A stretch of DNA of 63,895 nt, counting the filler, from Stramenopiles sp. TOSAG23-2 (lineage: Eukaryota): the NCBI GenBank assembly GCA_900128395.1. It is 23 parts of 23 records of this genome, joined end to end, with 100 filler letters (N's around TTAATTAATTAA, not from the genome) between each part and the next. Parts side by side here need not be neighbours in the genome. Positions count along the whole stretch, not along the records: positions 11,184 to 13,878 come from LT651579.1; positions 13,979 to 16,672 come from LT651580.1; positions 16,773 to 19,465 come from LT651581.1; positions 19,566 to 22,256 come from LT651582.1; positions 22,357 to 25,046 come from LT651583.1; 18 more parts are not named here. One strand, 5' to 3'. Under the pieces are notes generated by a model. It saw only the letters and a program-made list of their open reading frames with translations, did not search any database and was not told the DNA's origin. Of this stretch, positions 13,055 to 25,146 are shown piece by piece. The translations under genes were made by a program, and so were the position numbers. Position 1 is the stretch's first letter. Every line of letters starts with the position of its first letter.

Positions 13055-13978
13055 CAGTGCCTACTTTAATCAACAGAATGTACTGTTGAAGATGAAGATA
13101 GAAAATACTTTGATTGTTACTTCTTGTTTGTCTCGCAGTGTATTGTTGGAGAGATGGAGAGAATCTTCGATTGTTAATTCTCGTGTATTAATAGTATCTT
13201 AATCTGCACTACCTCACTACCTATATTACAGTAATGATATATAATTTAAAATTTAAATTACAAAAAATCATTATTTCAATTATTTCATCAAATTATATAT
13301 TTTGTGCTTTTGGCACTTCTTTGGCCTTACTGTAGCAAGTGCCTTGCCTGGCCAGCTGGCTTATATTTTTTCGGAGATCCAGAAGAGATCGGTCTGATAA
13401 ATATTAATACGGTATTTTTTATAGACCGTATTATATATTTGTACATGGATAGTACTAATATTTATAAAGAATGGAAATATAAATATATTTGAATTTTGAT
13501 CATTTAAAAACTATATATTAATAGTAAGCCACAGTACCAGGTAAGGACGGAAGAAAAAAAATAAAAAAAATAAAAAGCACAAAATATAAATCTAATTAAT
13601 ACCCACAGGAGGTATTTATTTATTATTGAGATTTATTTTTAGATTTATATATGTAAAAGCCTGATTGGAACCCAGGGCCAGAAAGCAGAACAGGAGAAAT
13701 TGTTCTTGATTAATTATAAAAAAATACGAACATATTACACTTAGGTATATATGATATATGGTCATAGTTCATTTTAAAGTAATATATTATTTTTTTGAAC
13801 ACCACCTCTTTTTCCTTTGGCCCTTTCTTCATTCCTTATTAATCTAATTCCATAAATAATTTATTCGAAAGTGGTGCANNNNNNNNNNNNNNNNNNNNNN
13901 NNNNNNNNNNNNNNNNNNNNNNTTAATTAATTAANNNNNNNNNNNNNNNNNNNNNNNNNNNNNNNNNNNNNNNNNNNN

Positions 13979-14925
13979 TTTAATTGAATCATTCTTCAAG
14001 GAAGTTTCATTATGTGGACCACGTATTGTTGACAAACCAGGTGCAAAAGATAAACAAAAATTATGTGAATTATTTGTACCATATGAACATTCGATGACAC
14101 AATTTTATAATTTAATTAAAAATTTATATTATCAACCATTAAATATGCAGCAATCATTACCATCGTCATTTTTACAAACAATGGAAACTTCATTACGTAA
14201 GCGTCAATTAATACATTCAAAAAAACAACGCATTGGTAAAAATATGAATACAAATATGAAACATATTATGCAAGCAAAGCCAATTGCAAAAGCACCAAAA
14301 GCCGAACAACAATGTAAACATGCAGAAGCTGGTACTGCCTGGACATCTGATAATTTAGCGCAAAAGAAAGAATTGTATTGTAATGGATATAATCATATTG
14401 ATTTATCAAATACAGATATTAAAAATATTGCAATGCATTATTTAGAAAACGATCTTACAAATGATAATAAAATCATGTTTAATTTAGAACAATCATTACG
14501 ATATGAAATAAAGGACGAAGGTTGTCCAGCTGCACCATTATTCAATGCAAACGATATTTCGATTCAGCAAGTTGCAATGGATTCATTAGGGGGAAAAAAA
14601 GAATGGGCTGCAATAGTAGATTTAAATACACAAGACAAGAATGGTTATTTGCAAAGTGAACTGCCATATTGTAAAGTTAGGGACTACCTAATTGGTGCAA
14701 GTTGAAGTAAAAGCATACGTCGATAATGACCGTTGCTGCGACGGTTTGAGAGATGTTAAGCTCTGTCAAGCAAAACCTGGATGCAAAGGTAAATTGGTAG
14801 CATTGAAAGATATACGGAATAAGGATTATTCCAAAGATGTTGCGGTGACTGGAAAACAGTATACCGTGGCCAATTCACAATTGCATAGTAGGAGGTTGTT
14901 GCAAAGTGGTCGACAGTCCAGTTGA
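13979..14925 (+). CDS. Cys-containing hypothetical protein, 5'-partial, frameshift near 14695, ending in RRLLQSGRQSS
   Basis: The frame is open from the contig start. ORFs 14094-14705 and 14692-14925 overlap. Confidence 0.55.
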
Positions 14926-15054
14926 GGTATATATACAGCAGTGATGTATTTCCTGGGCGTTGAAGTCTTATTTAGCAAAAGATAATTAGTCGGGATGAGG
15001 TTCACTTCTCTCGGATATATTCACGGAGGATATTGGTAATCTATGCATATATAT

Positions 15055-15223
15055 TATTGGTTAAAATCTAAAGTTATATCATATCATAATAGTTTTACTT
15101 CTCATGGAAAATAATATGTGCTCAATACTCAATCTCGAGAATAAATATTCTGTATATCCTACTATATACTATTAGTGAAGCTCTAATGCACATCTGCAAA
15201 CTAATACTCCACAAGCACGAGTA
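15055..15223 (-). repeat. Dispersed non-coding repeat family A, copy 2
   Basis: Inverted, diverged copy of 2283-2460. Confidence 0.85.
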
Positions 15224-15359
15224 AATATTCTAGCATTTGTTCTATTCGTATTTAAAAAATCTTTTTCTACACAAAAATGCGTGATTGTGTGTATATATTA
15301 AATTTTTTACAAAATGATATTTTCAGAGGCATATATATATATATCTAGCAGTATATGTT

Positions 15360-16007
15360 TTATACAATCAGCTCTGGAGTAATAATATGATCCAAAACAT
15401 AATCATGATCCTCTACAGGTACATTATCAACAATTTGTTCATCTAATGCAACCCCAATTAATACTGGTGGCTTCAATTCTTTTTGACTACGTGCTTGATA
15501 TATTTTTTTAAAAAATGTATCATAATAACCTTTTCCTTGTCCCAATCTATATTTCTCTTTTGAAAATGCTAATCCAGGTACTATTATTAAATCAATATTT
15601 ACAAGACTTTCTTCATTAATCAGATTGGTATAATATTCAATTGGTGGTTCTTTAATTTTCCATTTTGATAATGGCCAACTTTCAATATCTTCTACTTGTT
15701 TAACTGGTATCATGATCATATCGTCATTTGTTGATCCAGTAACTTTCGGGACAAAAACATTTTTACCATCTTTAAAACATTGTTTTACAAAATTCCATGT
15801 TTGTATTTCTTTTGGAGATGGCATGGATAGAAAAATTGAAATTCCAGTAGCTTTTCTATAAAAATCCTGTTGGGTTACTTTATTAAATACAATATTAGAG
15901 CGTTCCTCCATGGTTGAAACTTGTATATTTTTCAATGTATTTCTAATAAGATGACGCATTTCTAATTTCAATGTTTTCACACATACTTTGTTAGGTGTCT
16001 TTTTCAT
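15360..16007 (-). CDS. MTHFS: 5-formyltetrahydrofolate cyclo-ligase
   Basis: IFLSMP..EIQT, VFVPKV, IKEP, DLIIVPGLAF...RLGQGKGYYD and VPVEDHD motifs. Confidence 0.95.
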   Translation of the reverse strand: MKKTPNKVCVKTLKLEMRHLIRNTLKNIQVSTMEERSNIVFNKVTQQDFYRKATGISIFLSMPSPKEIQTWNFVKQCFKDGKNVFVPKVTGSTNDDMIMIPVKQVEDIESWPLSKWKIKEPPIEYYTNLINEESLVNIDLIIVPGLAFSKEKYRLGQGKGYYDTFFKKIYQARSQKELKPPVLIGVALDEQIVDNVPVEDHDYVLDHIITPELIV

Positions 16008-16380
16008 AGTAATAATAACAATCAAACTATTTTCATATATATTATCTATCTATTGTATACTTATACTGTTATTTGGATATTAGTTGTTGGCATATTTATA
16101 TATATGTATCAGTTATGCAGTTTAAGTATGCATCAGAGAGAGGAGGTTGCATATTATTTATTTCGGCATATATAATATAATACAGAGTAATGCACTAATG
16201 TTGCTAATCTATATAAAAAAAAGATACTGTAAAAAAATGGAGATCCCAGAGATAGAGATGTGGATGGTGCGATGGGCCATAGGGCACTATTATAGGATAT
16301 TGATTACGAATATTGATTAAATTGATATTAGATCTAACTACTCTCCAGCACTGAGAATATGAGAAAATGCCAAATGTGAT

Positions 16381-16530
16381 ATTCCAGAACACAATCTCCT
16401 TAATTCCATTCTACTGTATTTAGTATAGAGTGCCTCGTAATAGCTAATAATATAAGAGTTAGAGTATACCATTCCAGTAGACGACTATAATATATTTAAT
16501 ATTATTCCAGAACACAATCTCCTTAATTCC
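16381..16530 (+). repeat. ~27-bp direct repeat (ATTCCAGAACACAATCTCCTTAATTCC) in a non-coding region
   Basis: Copies start at 16381 and 16504. Confidence 0.8.
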
Positions 16531-17513
16531 AGCATTCCAGCATTCTGTATATTCCTGGCCTTAAAGGTGTGGCAGATGGAGCTATTGCCTGTATTGGCTG
16601 CAAAACCTATTTCTTTTGTAGTCTAAGCATCGAAGAAACTTTGAAAAATATATAAATATTTTCCTAATATCTNNNNNNNNNNNNNNNNNNNNNNNNNNNN
16701 NNNNNNNNNNNNNNNNTTAATTAATTAANNNNNNNNNNNNNNNNNNNNNNNNNNNNNNNNNNNNNNNNNNNNTCATATCATCTCAGCAGATGTTCCTTTA
16801 GGAATAATTCCATTTTTATCTTCATGGTCAATATGCAATATATATATATATATATAAAAGATATGGCATATATTTACCACCAAATGCGAAAATATTTTTA
16901 TGAAAAATGTGTGAACATGTTAATGTGTGTGAAGAGAGTAACAGTAATGGATCATTTTTATATTTTTGAAAAATGTATAAAAGCCTATCTTTTATGATTG
17001 CATTAATGTTCATAAATAATTTATGCGTGGAAGTTGAATTTGAGACACAAATAGGAGTTTTTGTGTGTACTTGCACTGGAAAGTTTTTGTGTGTACTTGC
17101 CAGCTTGCCCGGATTGCACTGGAAAAAGTAGTAGTCTTGTATGGTTGTTCCTTTATTTTCAATGCTATACCATGCTAATTTCATATCAATATTTTTGTTT
17201 ATTCCTATTCAAGTATAAATTATGTGTCATTTGTGATAGGAATACATCAAATATTAGACTACATATTTTTTAACAACTTATACGTTTTCAGACATTTTTG
17301 TGTAAGAATGTATATATATATATCATATCGGATATAAACTGAGTAGAATAGAGATCTGGGAGATCGAAATATAGATAGAAAAGTGAAAATTGATACATAG
17401 AGAGAGATAGAAGCTATATACAATATACACAACGATTAATATATACGTGAAGGAAAATAATATATATATATATATGATGAATTTATCACCAGCCTCCATC
17501 ACCAAAGGGTCGA

Positions 17514-19427
17514 ATGTTAGAAGAGCGGAAAACACAACAATCATCCCCGTCGACGGAGTTAATGAGTCAGCAGTATCAAGCTTTTTATGGGAGTAAGAAC
17601 AGCAATAAAAATAGCAACTTGTCCCCGCGTACAAGCCCCAGTGGTGTAACAACTTCTACTGCCATTGTATCACAACAATATAATAATAATAATAATAATA
17701 TTGCTTCACCAACGTCTTCGTCAGCAACACTTGCTACAAAAGCTTTACAAAAAGCAAATATGTTGTCACGTGATGAAATAGAAAAGGCGCTGGAGGAGAT
17801 TGAAGAGGAACGAAATTCAACTCAAAACCAATTAGGACAAGTACGCTTAAGTCTGCAAGATAGAAATGATGCTGCGCAACAACTATTACAAGATACATAT
17901 GCAATGGATACTGCATCCAAGTTAAAAACACTGCCTCCACAGTTACAAAATATTGCAAAATCAGCTTTAGAGGAAGCAAAAGCAGAGGTTCAAAGTGAAT
18001 GGTCTGAAGAGGAGCTTCGGCTATTGGATTGGTTGGAAGAATTAGTCAATGAACGTAGTCAACTTAAGCAGGAAAGCCTGCAAAAAAAAGTGCAACATGC
18101 GAAAGATATACGCGATGCGTTGAAAATACCGAGCCAAGGCCAAACTGATAAGTTTAGACAGTTAACTGATAAATTATTAGAAAGTGAATCTCAGCGTGCT
18201 GATATTGTGATTGAACTTGGACAAGCACAGCGTACTGCGCAAGATTTGAGACGATTGTTATCCAGCAAAGGGGCGGATGAGGTGCGTCATGCGAGAGAAG
18301 TCGTTGCTAGAATGGAACGTGATTTAGAAGCATCGCAAGGGGAGAGAAAAACCCAAGCTAATAAAATTGTTGAACTCCAAAGTCGCAATGCAGTCTTGAT
18401 GGCTGAAAAATCTCGTTGGTTAGAACAAGTTCAAGAGGAAAATGGGCAATTACAAACGTTGTTTAAAGAAGCTAGAAGTGCAAAGGAAATGATGGTACGT
18501 GAATTAAACTTAATTGATCGTGAGCGAAGAGAATTGGAAGAAGAACGACATCAGTTACGGAGCAAATTACAGCAACATAATCAAAACTTACGCAGTGGTT
18601 TAGGTGGTTCGCAACGTGGAGGTGGTGGAAATTATAGAGGTGGTGCCGTGGATGTTCGAACGTTGAGATCAGCAGGACGCTTAAACGAGACTACGAAGAA
18701 ACTTCGTGATGAATTATTATTGCGTCAAGGGGCCATGCGCAACGTATTTGAAGCAGGGAAAGGTATTTTAGAAAGTGTATTTAGACGAAACATGCAATTA
18801 GATCCGAATAATCGTAATGCAATAGTGACTACTACTTACATTCCATCACAAAACTTTGAAAATTTTGATAAATTATATACGCAACTCGTATCGTTTTCAT
18901 TAGATGCTGATAATTCATTAATTTTAGAAGCTTCCAAAAACAATATTGAATTTAAAGGTGAATTTGCAGCTGTGAATACGAAAATAGAGAGCATTACAAT
19001 TGCATTTGAAGATCGTTTAAAAGCACAAAGGTCCTATTTGGCTGATAACGAATCCCGTATGGAAAAAAAATGGGCCGACATGTGGTCTAATGTATCGTTT
19101 ATAAATGATAATGACATTGATATAGAGATGAAAAAAATATTAGGAGATTTGAACAAAATTGTTCCTCGAGCTCTTGCTGCTGGTGGTAGTGCACAAACAG
19201 CTGGTGACGAAGCTGTTCGATTAAATTTAGACAAGATGAATAATAATAATAATAATAATGGCGGCATTAGTAATCGTGGTAATTCTCGTACTAATATGAG
19301 TGAAAACATTATGTTAAAAAAACAAGTAGAGAAATTAACTGGGGAATTAGATCGATTGCAAAGTTTACATCGTGCATTGCATAGTAACCATAATAAGTTG
19401 AAAGCTAAAGCGAGGCAACAAAAGTGA
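17514..19427 (+). CDS. Long coiled-coil hypothetical protein
   Basis: 637-codon ORF rich in E/Q/L/R heptads. Confidence 0.8.
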   Translation: MLEERKTQQSSPSTELMSQQYQAFYGSKNSNKNSNLSPRTSPSGVTTSTAIVSQQYNNNNNNIASPTSSSATLATKALQKANMLSRDEIEKALEEIEEERNSTQNQLGQVRLSLQDRNDAAQQLLQDTYAMDTASKLKTLPPQLQNIAKSALEEAKAEVQSEWSEEELRLLDWLEELVNERSQLKQESLQKKVQHAKDIRDALKIPSQGQTDKFRQLTDKLLESESQRADIVIELGQAQRTAQDLRRLLSSKGADEVRHAREVVARMERDLEASQGERKTQANKIVELQSRNAVLMAEKSRWLEQVQEENGQLQTLFKEARSAKEMMVRELNLIDRERRELEEERHQLRSKLQQHNQNLRSGLGGSQRGGGGNYRGGAVDVRTLRSAGRLNETTKKLRDELLLRQGAMRNVFEAGKGILESVFRRNMQLDPNNRNAIVTTTYIPSQNFENFDKLYTQLVSFSLDADNSLILEASKNNIEFKGEFAAVNTKIESITIAFEDRLKAQRSYLADNESRMEKKWADMWSNVSFINDNDIDIEMKKILGDLNKIVPRALAAGGSAQTAGDEAVRLNLDKMNNNNNNNGGISNRGNSRTNMSENIMLKKQVEKLTGELDRLQSLHRALHSNHNKLKAKARQQK

Positions 19428-19429
19428 TT

Positions 19430-19462
19430 TACTCTCCAGAAAGAATACAATAACTGAGACAA
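19430..19462 (+). repeat. Dispersed repeat family B; 33-bp exact match to 38921-38953
   Basis: TACTCTCCAGAAAGAATACAATAACTGAGACAA occurs at the 3' ends of two different contigs. Confidence 0.85.
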
Positions 19463-19565
19463 TGTNNNNNNNNNNNNNNNNNNNNNNNNNNNNNNNNNNN
19501 NNNNNNNNNTTAATTAATTAANNNNNNNNNNNNNNNNNNNNNNNNNNNNNNNNNNNNNNNNNNNN

Positions 19566-19668
19566 TTTTAAACAAACCTGGTATACCACATACATCGTAT
19601 ATGTTTTTAATTTCATCATCATCGTCGTCCTTCACCTCTTTCCGTTGTTTTGTATTTCTTGACGCCAT
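19566..19668 (-). CDS. 5' fragment of a tandem paralogue of the neighbouring ankyrin gene
   Basis: Encodes MASRNTKQRKEVKDDDDEIKNIYDVCGIPGLFK, nearly identical to the start of 20108-20908; upstream sequence is also similar. Confidence 0.8.
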
Positions 19669-20107
19669 CTTGTATATATATATATATTTATTGTGTTATC
19701 TATAGTTCAACATTATTCTATTTTATTTTATATATTTTTAGTTCAAATTCAAAGGAACAACGACAAGAGATGTAAAAATAGAGACAACGACGGCATTCGA
19801 AAAAGCTTTTGTGTCAAGTGTGTGTATTAAGAAAGAAAGAAAAAAAAAATATATTGTCGTCTTAATTTCTATTTTTAGTTTTCAAATTTTTGGTAACACC
19901 ACGCGCCGTACCATATATATTTTCACCACTCAGTCTCTCCTCAATCTCCGTTTGCTCCATCTCATCCTTCTTGTGATCTAATTGTAATGGAATTTATATT
20001 TGATATTCAATTGACAATGAATTGAAGTGATGCGAATTAGATAGACGACATCTCTCTATATGCAAACACAACTCTTTCATTCTGGACGTCTTCCTATGAT
20101 TGTGTTG

Positions 20108-20908
20108 TTAATGATTTAAATCGCCATTACCTCTTCCTACTTCTCTACCATTTTCATCATATTTATTTGCTTTTCCACCTTTTAAACGTAAAAGTGCAAT
20201 GATCTCTTGTTTAATTGGACTATTATTATATTCATATGCCTGGTCCAGGGGAGTGTATCCCGTCCTGTTCTTCTTATTAATGCTATTAAGAGACATATGA
20301 GTTAATAACAATTGAATCAACTCAGTATTTGTTCTGCTATTATATGCTGCACAATGTAATGCATTCGCTCCATAACTATTTGCAATATTAGGATCAGCTT
20401 CACCTTGTTCAATTAAATATTTAACTACTTGGAAATGTTCGTAGTTTGCAGCTATCATTAAAGGTGTACATTCACCACCATAACTAGTGCTACCGAGTTG
20501 ATTCACCATTTCTTTCAATGTCATATTACCTTCTTTCACACCGTTCATTTCAATATATTTATGAAAACGATGTAAATTTACAAATAATAACACATCATTC
20601 ATACGTCCTTCTTCACATGCACATACCAATGCAGTATTTCCTTCGAACTCATTTCCATATCTTTGATATAGCTCATACAACTGCTTTGGTTTACGTATCG
20701 CTTCACTTACACACTCATTAAAACTTCTATGTCCTAAATTTTTCACTAAACAAGACTCGCTCATTTTTAATATAGATTTAACATTTAAAAATTTTAAAAT
20801 ATTTTTAAACAAACCTGGTATACCACATATATCGTATATGTTTTTAATTTCATCATCATCATCGTCGTCCTTCACCTCTTTCCGTTGTTTTGTATTTCTT
20901 GACGCCAT
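20108..20908 (-). CDS. Ankyrin-repeat protein
   Basis: TALVCACEEG, TPLMIAANYEH, GANALHCAA and GYTPLDQA ankyrin motifs. Confidence 0.9.
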   Translation of the reverse strand: MASRNTKQRKEVKDDDDDDEIKNIYDICGIPGLFKNILKFLNVKSILKMSESCLVKNLGHRSFNECVSEAIRKPKQLYELYQRYGNEFEGNTALVCACEEGRMNDVLLFVNLHRFHKYIEMNGVKEGNMTLKEMVNQLGSTSYGGECTPLMIAANYEHFQVVKYLIEQGEADPNIANSYGANALHCAAYNSRTNTELIQLLLTHMSLNSINKKNRTGYTPLDQAYEYNNSPIKQEIIALLRLKGGKANKYDENGREVGRGNGDLNH

Positions 20909-21350
20909 CTTGTATATATATATATATATATATCTTGTGTTATATCTATATAGTTCAACATTATTCTATTTTATATATATATATTTGTTTAGTTCAAATC
21001 AAATTCAAGATAATAAAAAACCGACTTAGACTGTCCGGAGAGGAAGAATGTGGGAAGAGAAAGGAAAAATAAACACACCAAGGAGATGTATTTCTAATAC
21101 ACACTTGTACACGTTATAATTGTTTAACTGAATACCTCGTATATAATATATTACTGAAATAAACACACACATTACATTTTACACCGCACACCTGCTGTAA
21201 TTAAACTTTTTTCTCCAATCACCAACTTCTCCTTCTCTCGTTTATAATCTATCCTCTTTTTACAACATCAAAACACTTTTCTCTTGGTGAAAGGTATATA
21301 TATACACATACGTACGTATTCCAATCAATCATCATCCAAAACGAAAAACA

Positions 21351-21566
21351 CATATATATGTGTATAAAATATATTAGAATTAACAACAACTTCCAGATCG
21401 TTGGCCAACACCACGTGATGCACCTGCGCCGCCCCCTAATGAAACACCTCCATCGTTTCATATATATGTGTATAAAATATATTAGAATTAACAACAACTT
21501 CCAGATCGTTGGCCAACACCACGTGATGCACCTGCGCCGCCCCCTAATGAAACACCTCCATCGTTT
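21351..21566. repeat. Exact 108-bp tandem duplication of the Rab 3' end and 3' UTR (likely assembly artefact)
   Basis: 21351-21458 equals 21459-21566. Confidence 0.85.
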
Positions 21567-22117
21567 TGCGATGCTGATTTAGTAATATTATGTGTCAATA
21601 TATTTTCTACTAATGATTTTGCAGACTCATGGATATTAATATTTTCTTTTGCAGATGTTTCAAACCATCCAATAAATCCATGTTCTTTACAAAATGCATC
21701 CATTTCTGCTTCATTTACGGTTGCCGTTTCAATGTCGCATTTATTTGCACATAAAATAACTGGCAATGCATTGCCGCCTGGCAACGTCACTTTAGCATCG
21801 ATTTCTTTTTTCCATTTTGGAATTGTTTCCAACGTTGAGGGCCGAGACATATCATAAACCAACATGGCACCTAAAGCATCTTTATAATAAACACGTGCTA
21901 TTGCACCAAAACGATCTTGGCCAGCAATATCCCATAGTTGCACATGTACTACTGTTTTACCAACTACTAATTGTTTCAATTGAAAATCTACACCAATCGT
22001 CGTTTTATGATGGCTTGAAAATAGATCAGAAACATAACGTTTAATGATACTGGTTTTACCAGTTGCTGGGTCACCAAGCACTAATACTTTCATCACACAA
22101 TCATTATCACCTTCCAT
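21488..22117 (-). CDS. RAB32: Rab32/Rab38-subfamily small GTPase
   Basis: [21 protein letters not shown] (Ile typical of Rab32/38/29), NKCD, WFETSAK and a C-terminal CC prenylation site. Confidence 0.88.
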   Translation of the reverse strand: MEGDNDCVMKVLVLGDPATGKTSIIKRYVSDLFSSHHKTTIGVDFQLKQLVVGKTVVHVQLWDIAGQDRFGAIARVYYKDALGAMLVYDMSRPSTLETIPKWKKEIDAKVTLPGGNALPVILCANKCDIETATVNEAEMDAFCKEHGFIGWFETSAKENINIHESAKSLVENILTHNITKSASQNDGGVSLGGGAGASRGVGQRSGSCC

Positions 22118-23199
22118 CTTAATTATTATTTATTATTAATTAATTATTATATTTTTATGAATTATATTGACGTGTATATATATATTATATAAATTATATA
22201 TATATTCAATTGAAAGAAGAAAGACTATTGTTCTATTTTGACGTATATCTTCTTATNNNNNNNNNNNNNNNNNNNNNNNNNNNNNNNNNNNNNNNNNNNN
22301 TTAATTAATTAANNNNNNNNNNNNNNNNNNNNNNNNNNNNNNNNNNNNNNNNNNNNTCTAAAAATAATCACCGAGTAACTGATTGGCTTACTGAATACTG
22401 AATAATTGCATTTTCTTTTTTAATATAAATATATACCTGATGTTCTATCTTCTACTTAATTAGAGTATTATTTAAGGAGGATATTATATATAAGGAGGAT
22501 TTTTTAATAGCTCTAGTTTAGATAGAGCTCTGGCTGGGAGCATACCAAGGCATACCTGGTATTATATAGTAGATGTAATTTAAATTTTAAAAAATGCGTC
22601 AAAATTGGTCTTCTTCTATAGTTCCTTATATGTATTGAAATAATACGTTATTAATTTTAATCTATCAAAATTTAACAAAGGGTTTTGAGGTCCATGGAGC
22701 TCTGGTGGGTTGATGGTAAGGCAACAAATACGAAAAGAAAAAGGCAATGCAAAATACGTTCCGATTGAGAAAGGAGAATGTATAATTTTTCGAGGTAATA
22801 TAAAGAAGATAAAGGAATTAGCTTTTGCACAATCAAATTAACAGAAGATACTCAATATTTATATATTCTTCCTGGTTTTTCTGTGTGGAGAACAACCAGG
22901 ATATAAAATATGTATAAAACATCTTCAGTTATTATTACGTATAAATTGCAGAAGGAAGATTCAAAGAATAGTGCAATAGGCATTACAATTATTGAATGCC
23001 TAATAAAAGTATGTGTACCAGCAGAAAATTGCTTTGGTGATGGACAATCCTGTAAAGAAATTATTATTATACATAACTTAGATTTTAACCACATGTCATA
23101 ATATTAAAATATTAAAATAATATCTGGTTCTCTTTTTCAATCATAACCTCAAAACTCATACAATGACTTGTGTGCGTAATTTTGTACGCGTAAATTTTA

Positions 23200-24774
23200 T
23201 TATTCAGTCCTTGAGTCTAATGACATCATACGCCTGGCAACATATTTTTCAGAATGTCGAATTTTTGATACTTCTCCAGTTTCACGATAGATATGATCAA
23301 CAATAAACATATACCTTTCTTGTTTTTTATCACGATACAATGTAATTATACCATTCAAACTTAGTGTCAATACACTGAAAAATAAAGTTCGTTTCACACT
23401 TCTTACATACACGGTTTGCCCAAATGGCTGAATCAAAATTAAACCAAGCTCTGCTGTTCCAAATATTCTGTTGTACACATTAAAAATATTAACAAACACA
23501 AATATACTACCTGTGACTAATATCAATGCACGGTGCTTCCGTTTCATTGCATCCAAAAGCAACAATATCATTCCACTTGTTACATAACCAAAAGATGAAA
23601 TGATATCCATTGGCTGTTGCACAGAGTAAATATCAATTAAAAATATGAAGATTAGACAACAAAATACTAATATAACAGAAATTTCACGACACAAGCGTTT
23701 GAACCTTCTCATTGAAAATTCATTGTGCATAATTGTATACGATGTAACAATTATTCCGCACATTTCCAATATATAAATTATTCCAACTGTTAAACTTTTT
23801 TCATATTCACGAGTTAAAAATGTTATAATAAATGCAATCGTTAAAATCAATAAGACTGCATGTCCTATTTTTTCATGCAATTTCATCTTACGAAATGCCA
23901 ACTCTGATTCTTCATCGTTATCATTATCATCTTCCTGTGATTGTACCTCATCCTTGAGCAAAACGTGGCGAGTACAAAACATTAAAAACTCTTGCTTTTT
24001 GTCTTTATATAATGTTTTTAAACCTTTCAGCATCAAAATAAACGAATTCGAAAAAATGCTTCGTTTAATAGAACGTGTATATATGCTTTTTCCATAAATT
24101 ATCATTAGAATCTTGTTTTCCTCTTCCATAGAAAATATACGTATAAAAACATGATACAAAGTCAAAAGGCTATAAACAGTGCCTGCTGCTAATATGAAAT
24201 TTCGACTCTTTTTCTCCACAGCATCTAGTAAAACTAGAGTTGCTAAACCTACTACATATGCTACAGAACGCACGATCATGGATGCACTTCCGATACTAAA
24301 GATATCAACAAGTAGTAAACAAGATGATAAAATTATTACCTGCCATACATTTGGTTCTTTTAACAATTTATATATAATGGTAAAACTTGTATTTTTATAT
24401 AATATTAAAAAAATGCATATCCAAGTTATGATAAGTGCACTGATCAATCCGGATAATAGAACTGGATTATAATTTTGCGTTGGGTCTGCAGAATCACTAA
24501 GATAATTAAGTTGTGAAAATATTATGGCTATAATCATAAAAATATACACACCAAGCTGAGCATACTTCACACGTGTCGGAATCGTTAGAACACCAGAAGA
24601 AGTACAGTCAACGTCGTCAGGTTTCTTCCATGAGTTTTGATTTTTCGGCCGTATATTTATATTAATGTTACTACTACTACTACTACTTGTTGTATTCGAA
24701 ATTAACTCCAATCTAGCTGCTGAAGTTTCAGAAGTAGCAGTAGTAGGTATTGAAATGGGAGTTTGTCGAGACAT
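23200..24774 (-). CDS. Multi-pass membrane protein made of two homologous halves
   Basis: Repeated LLDA(V/M)xxKxR...RIF...G..(I/V)YxRS(I/V)KR...G..TLYxDKKQE..MF in both halves, with many hydrophobic helices. Confidence 0.8.
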   Translation of the reverse strand: MSRQTPISIPTTATSETSAARLELISNTTSSSSSSNININIRPKNQNSWKKPDDVDCTSSGVLTIPTRVKYAQLGVYIFMIIAIIFSQLNYLSDSADPTQNYNPVLLSGLISALIITWICIFLILYKNTSFTIIYKLLKEPNVWQVIILSSCLLLVDIFSIGSASMIVRSVAYVVGLATLVLLDAVEKKSRNFILAAGTVYSLLTLYHVFIRIFSMEEENKILMIIYGKSIYTRSIKRSIFSNSFILMLKGLKTLYKDKKQEFLMFCTRHVLLKDEVQSQEDDNDNDEESELAFRKMKLHEKIGHAVLLILTIAFIITFLTREYEKSLTVGIIYILEMCGIIVTSYTIMHNEFSMRRFKRLCREISVILVFCCLIFIFLIDIYSVQQPMDIISSFGYVTSGMILLLLDAMKRKHRALILVTGSIFVFVNIFNVYNRIFGTAELGLILIQPFGQTVYVRSVKRTLFFSVLTLSLNGIITLYRDKKQERYMFIVDHIYRETGEVSKIRHSEKYVARRMMSLDSRTE

Positions 24775-25146
24775 GCCACAACCAATTGATCTAAAGTATT
24801 GAGGCCGCTGTATTGTTTCACTCGCGACATTATCAAGAGTAGTAGGTTCATGTATTTCACATACTTAGATAGATGAATTTAAAATGTGAATAATATAAAT
24901 TCAATAAATAATATAAAAAATTATTATTAGTAGTGATGGGTGCCATCATTCTCACGACGTGAACTAATGCATGATATTAATATGAGCTTACTCAGGAAAC
25001 CACCGCTATGCTATTCGCCTATACTAACGCTACACTCCTTTTAGAGNNNNNNNNNNNNNNNNNNNNNNNNNNNNNNNNNNNNNNNNNNNNTTAATTAATT
25101 AANNNNNNNNNNNNNNNNNNNNNNNNNNNNNNNNNNNNNNNNNNNN

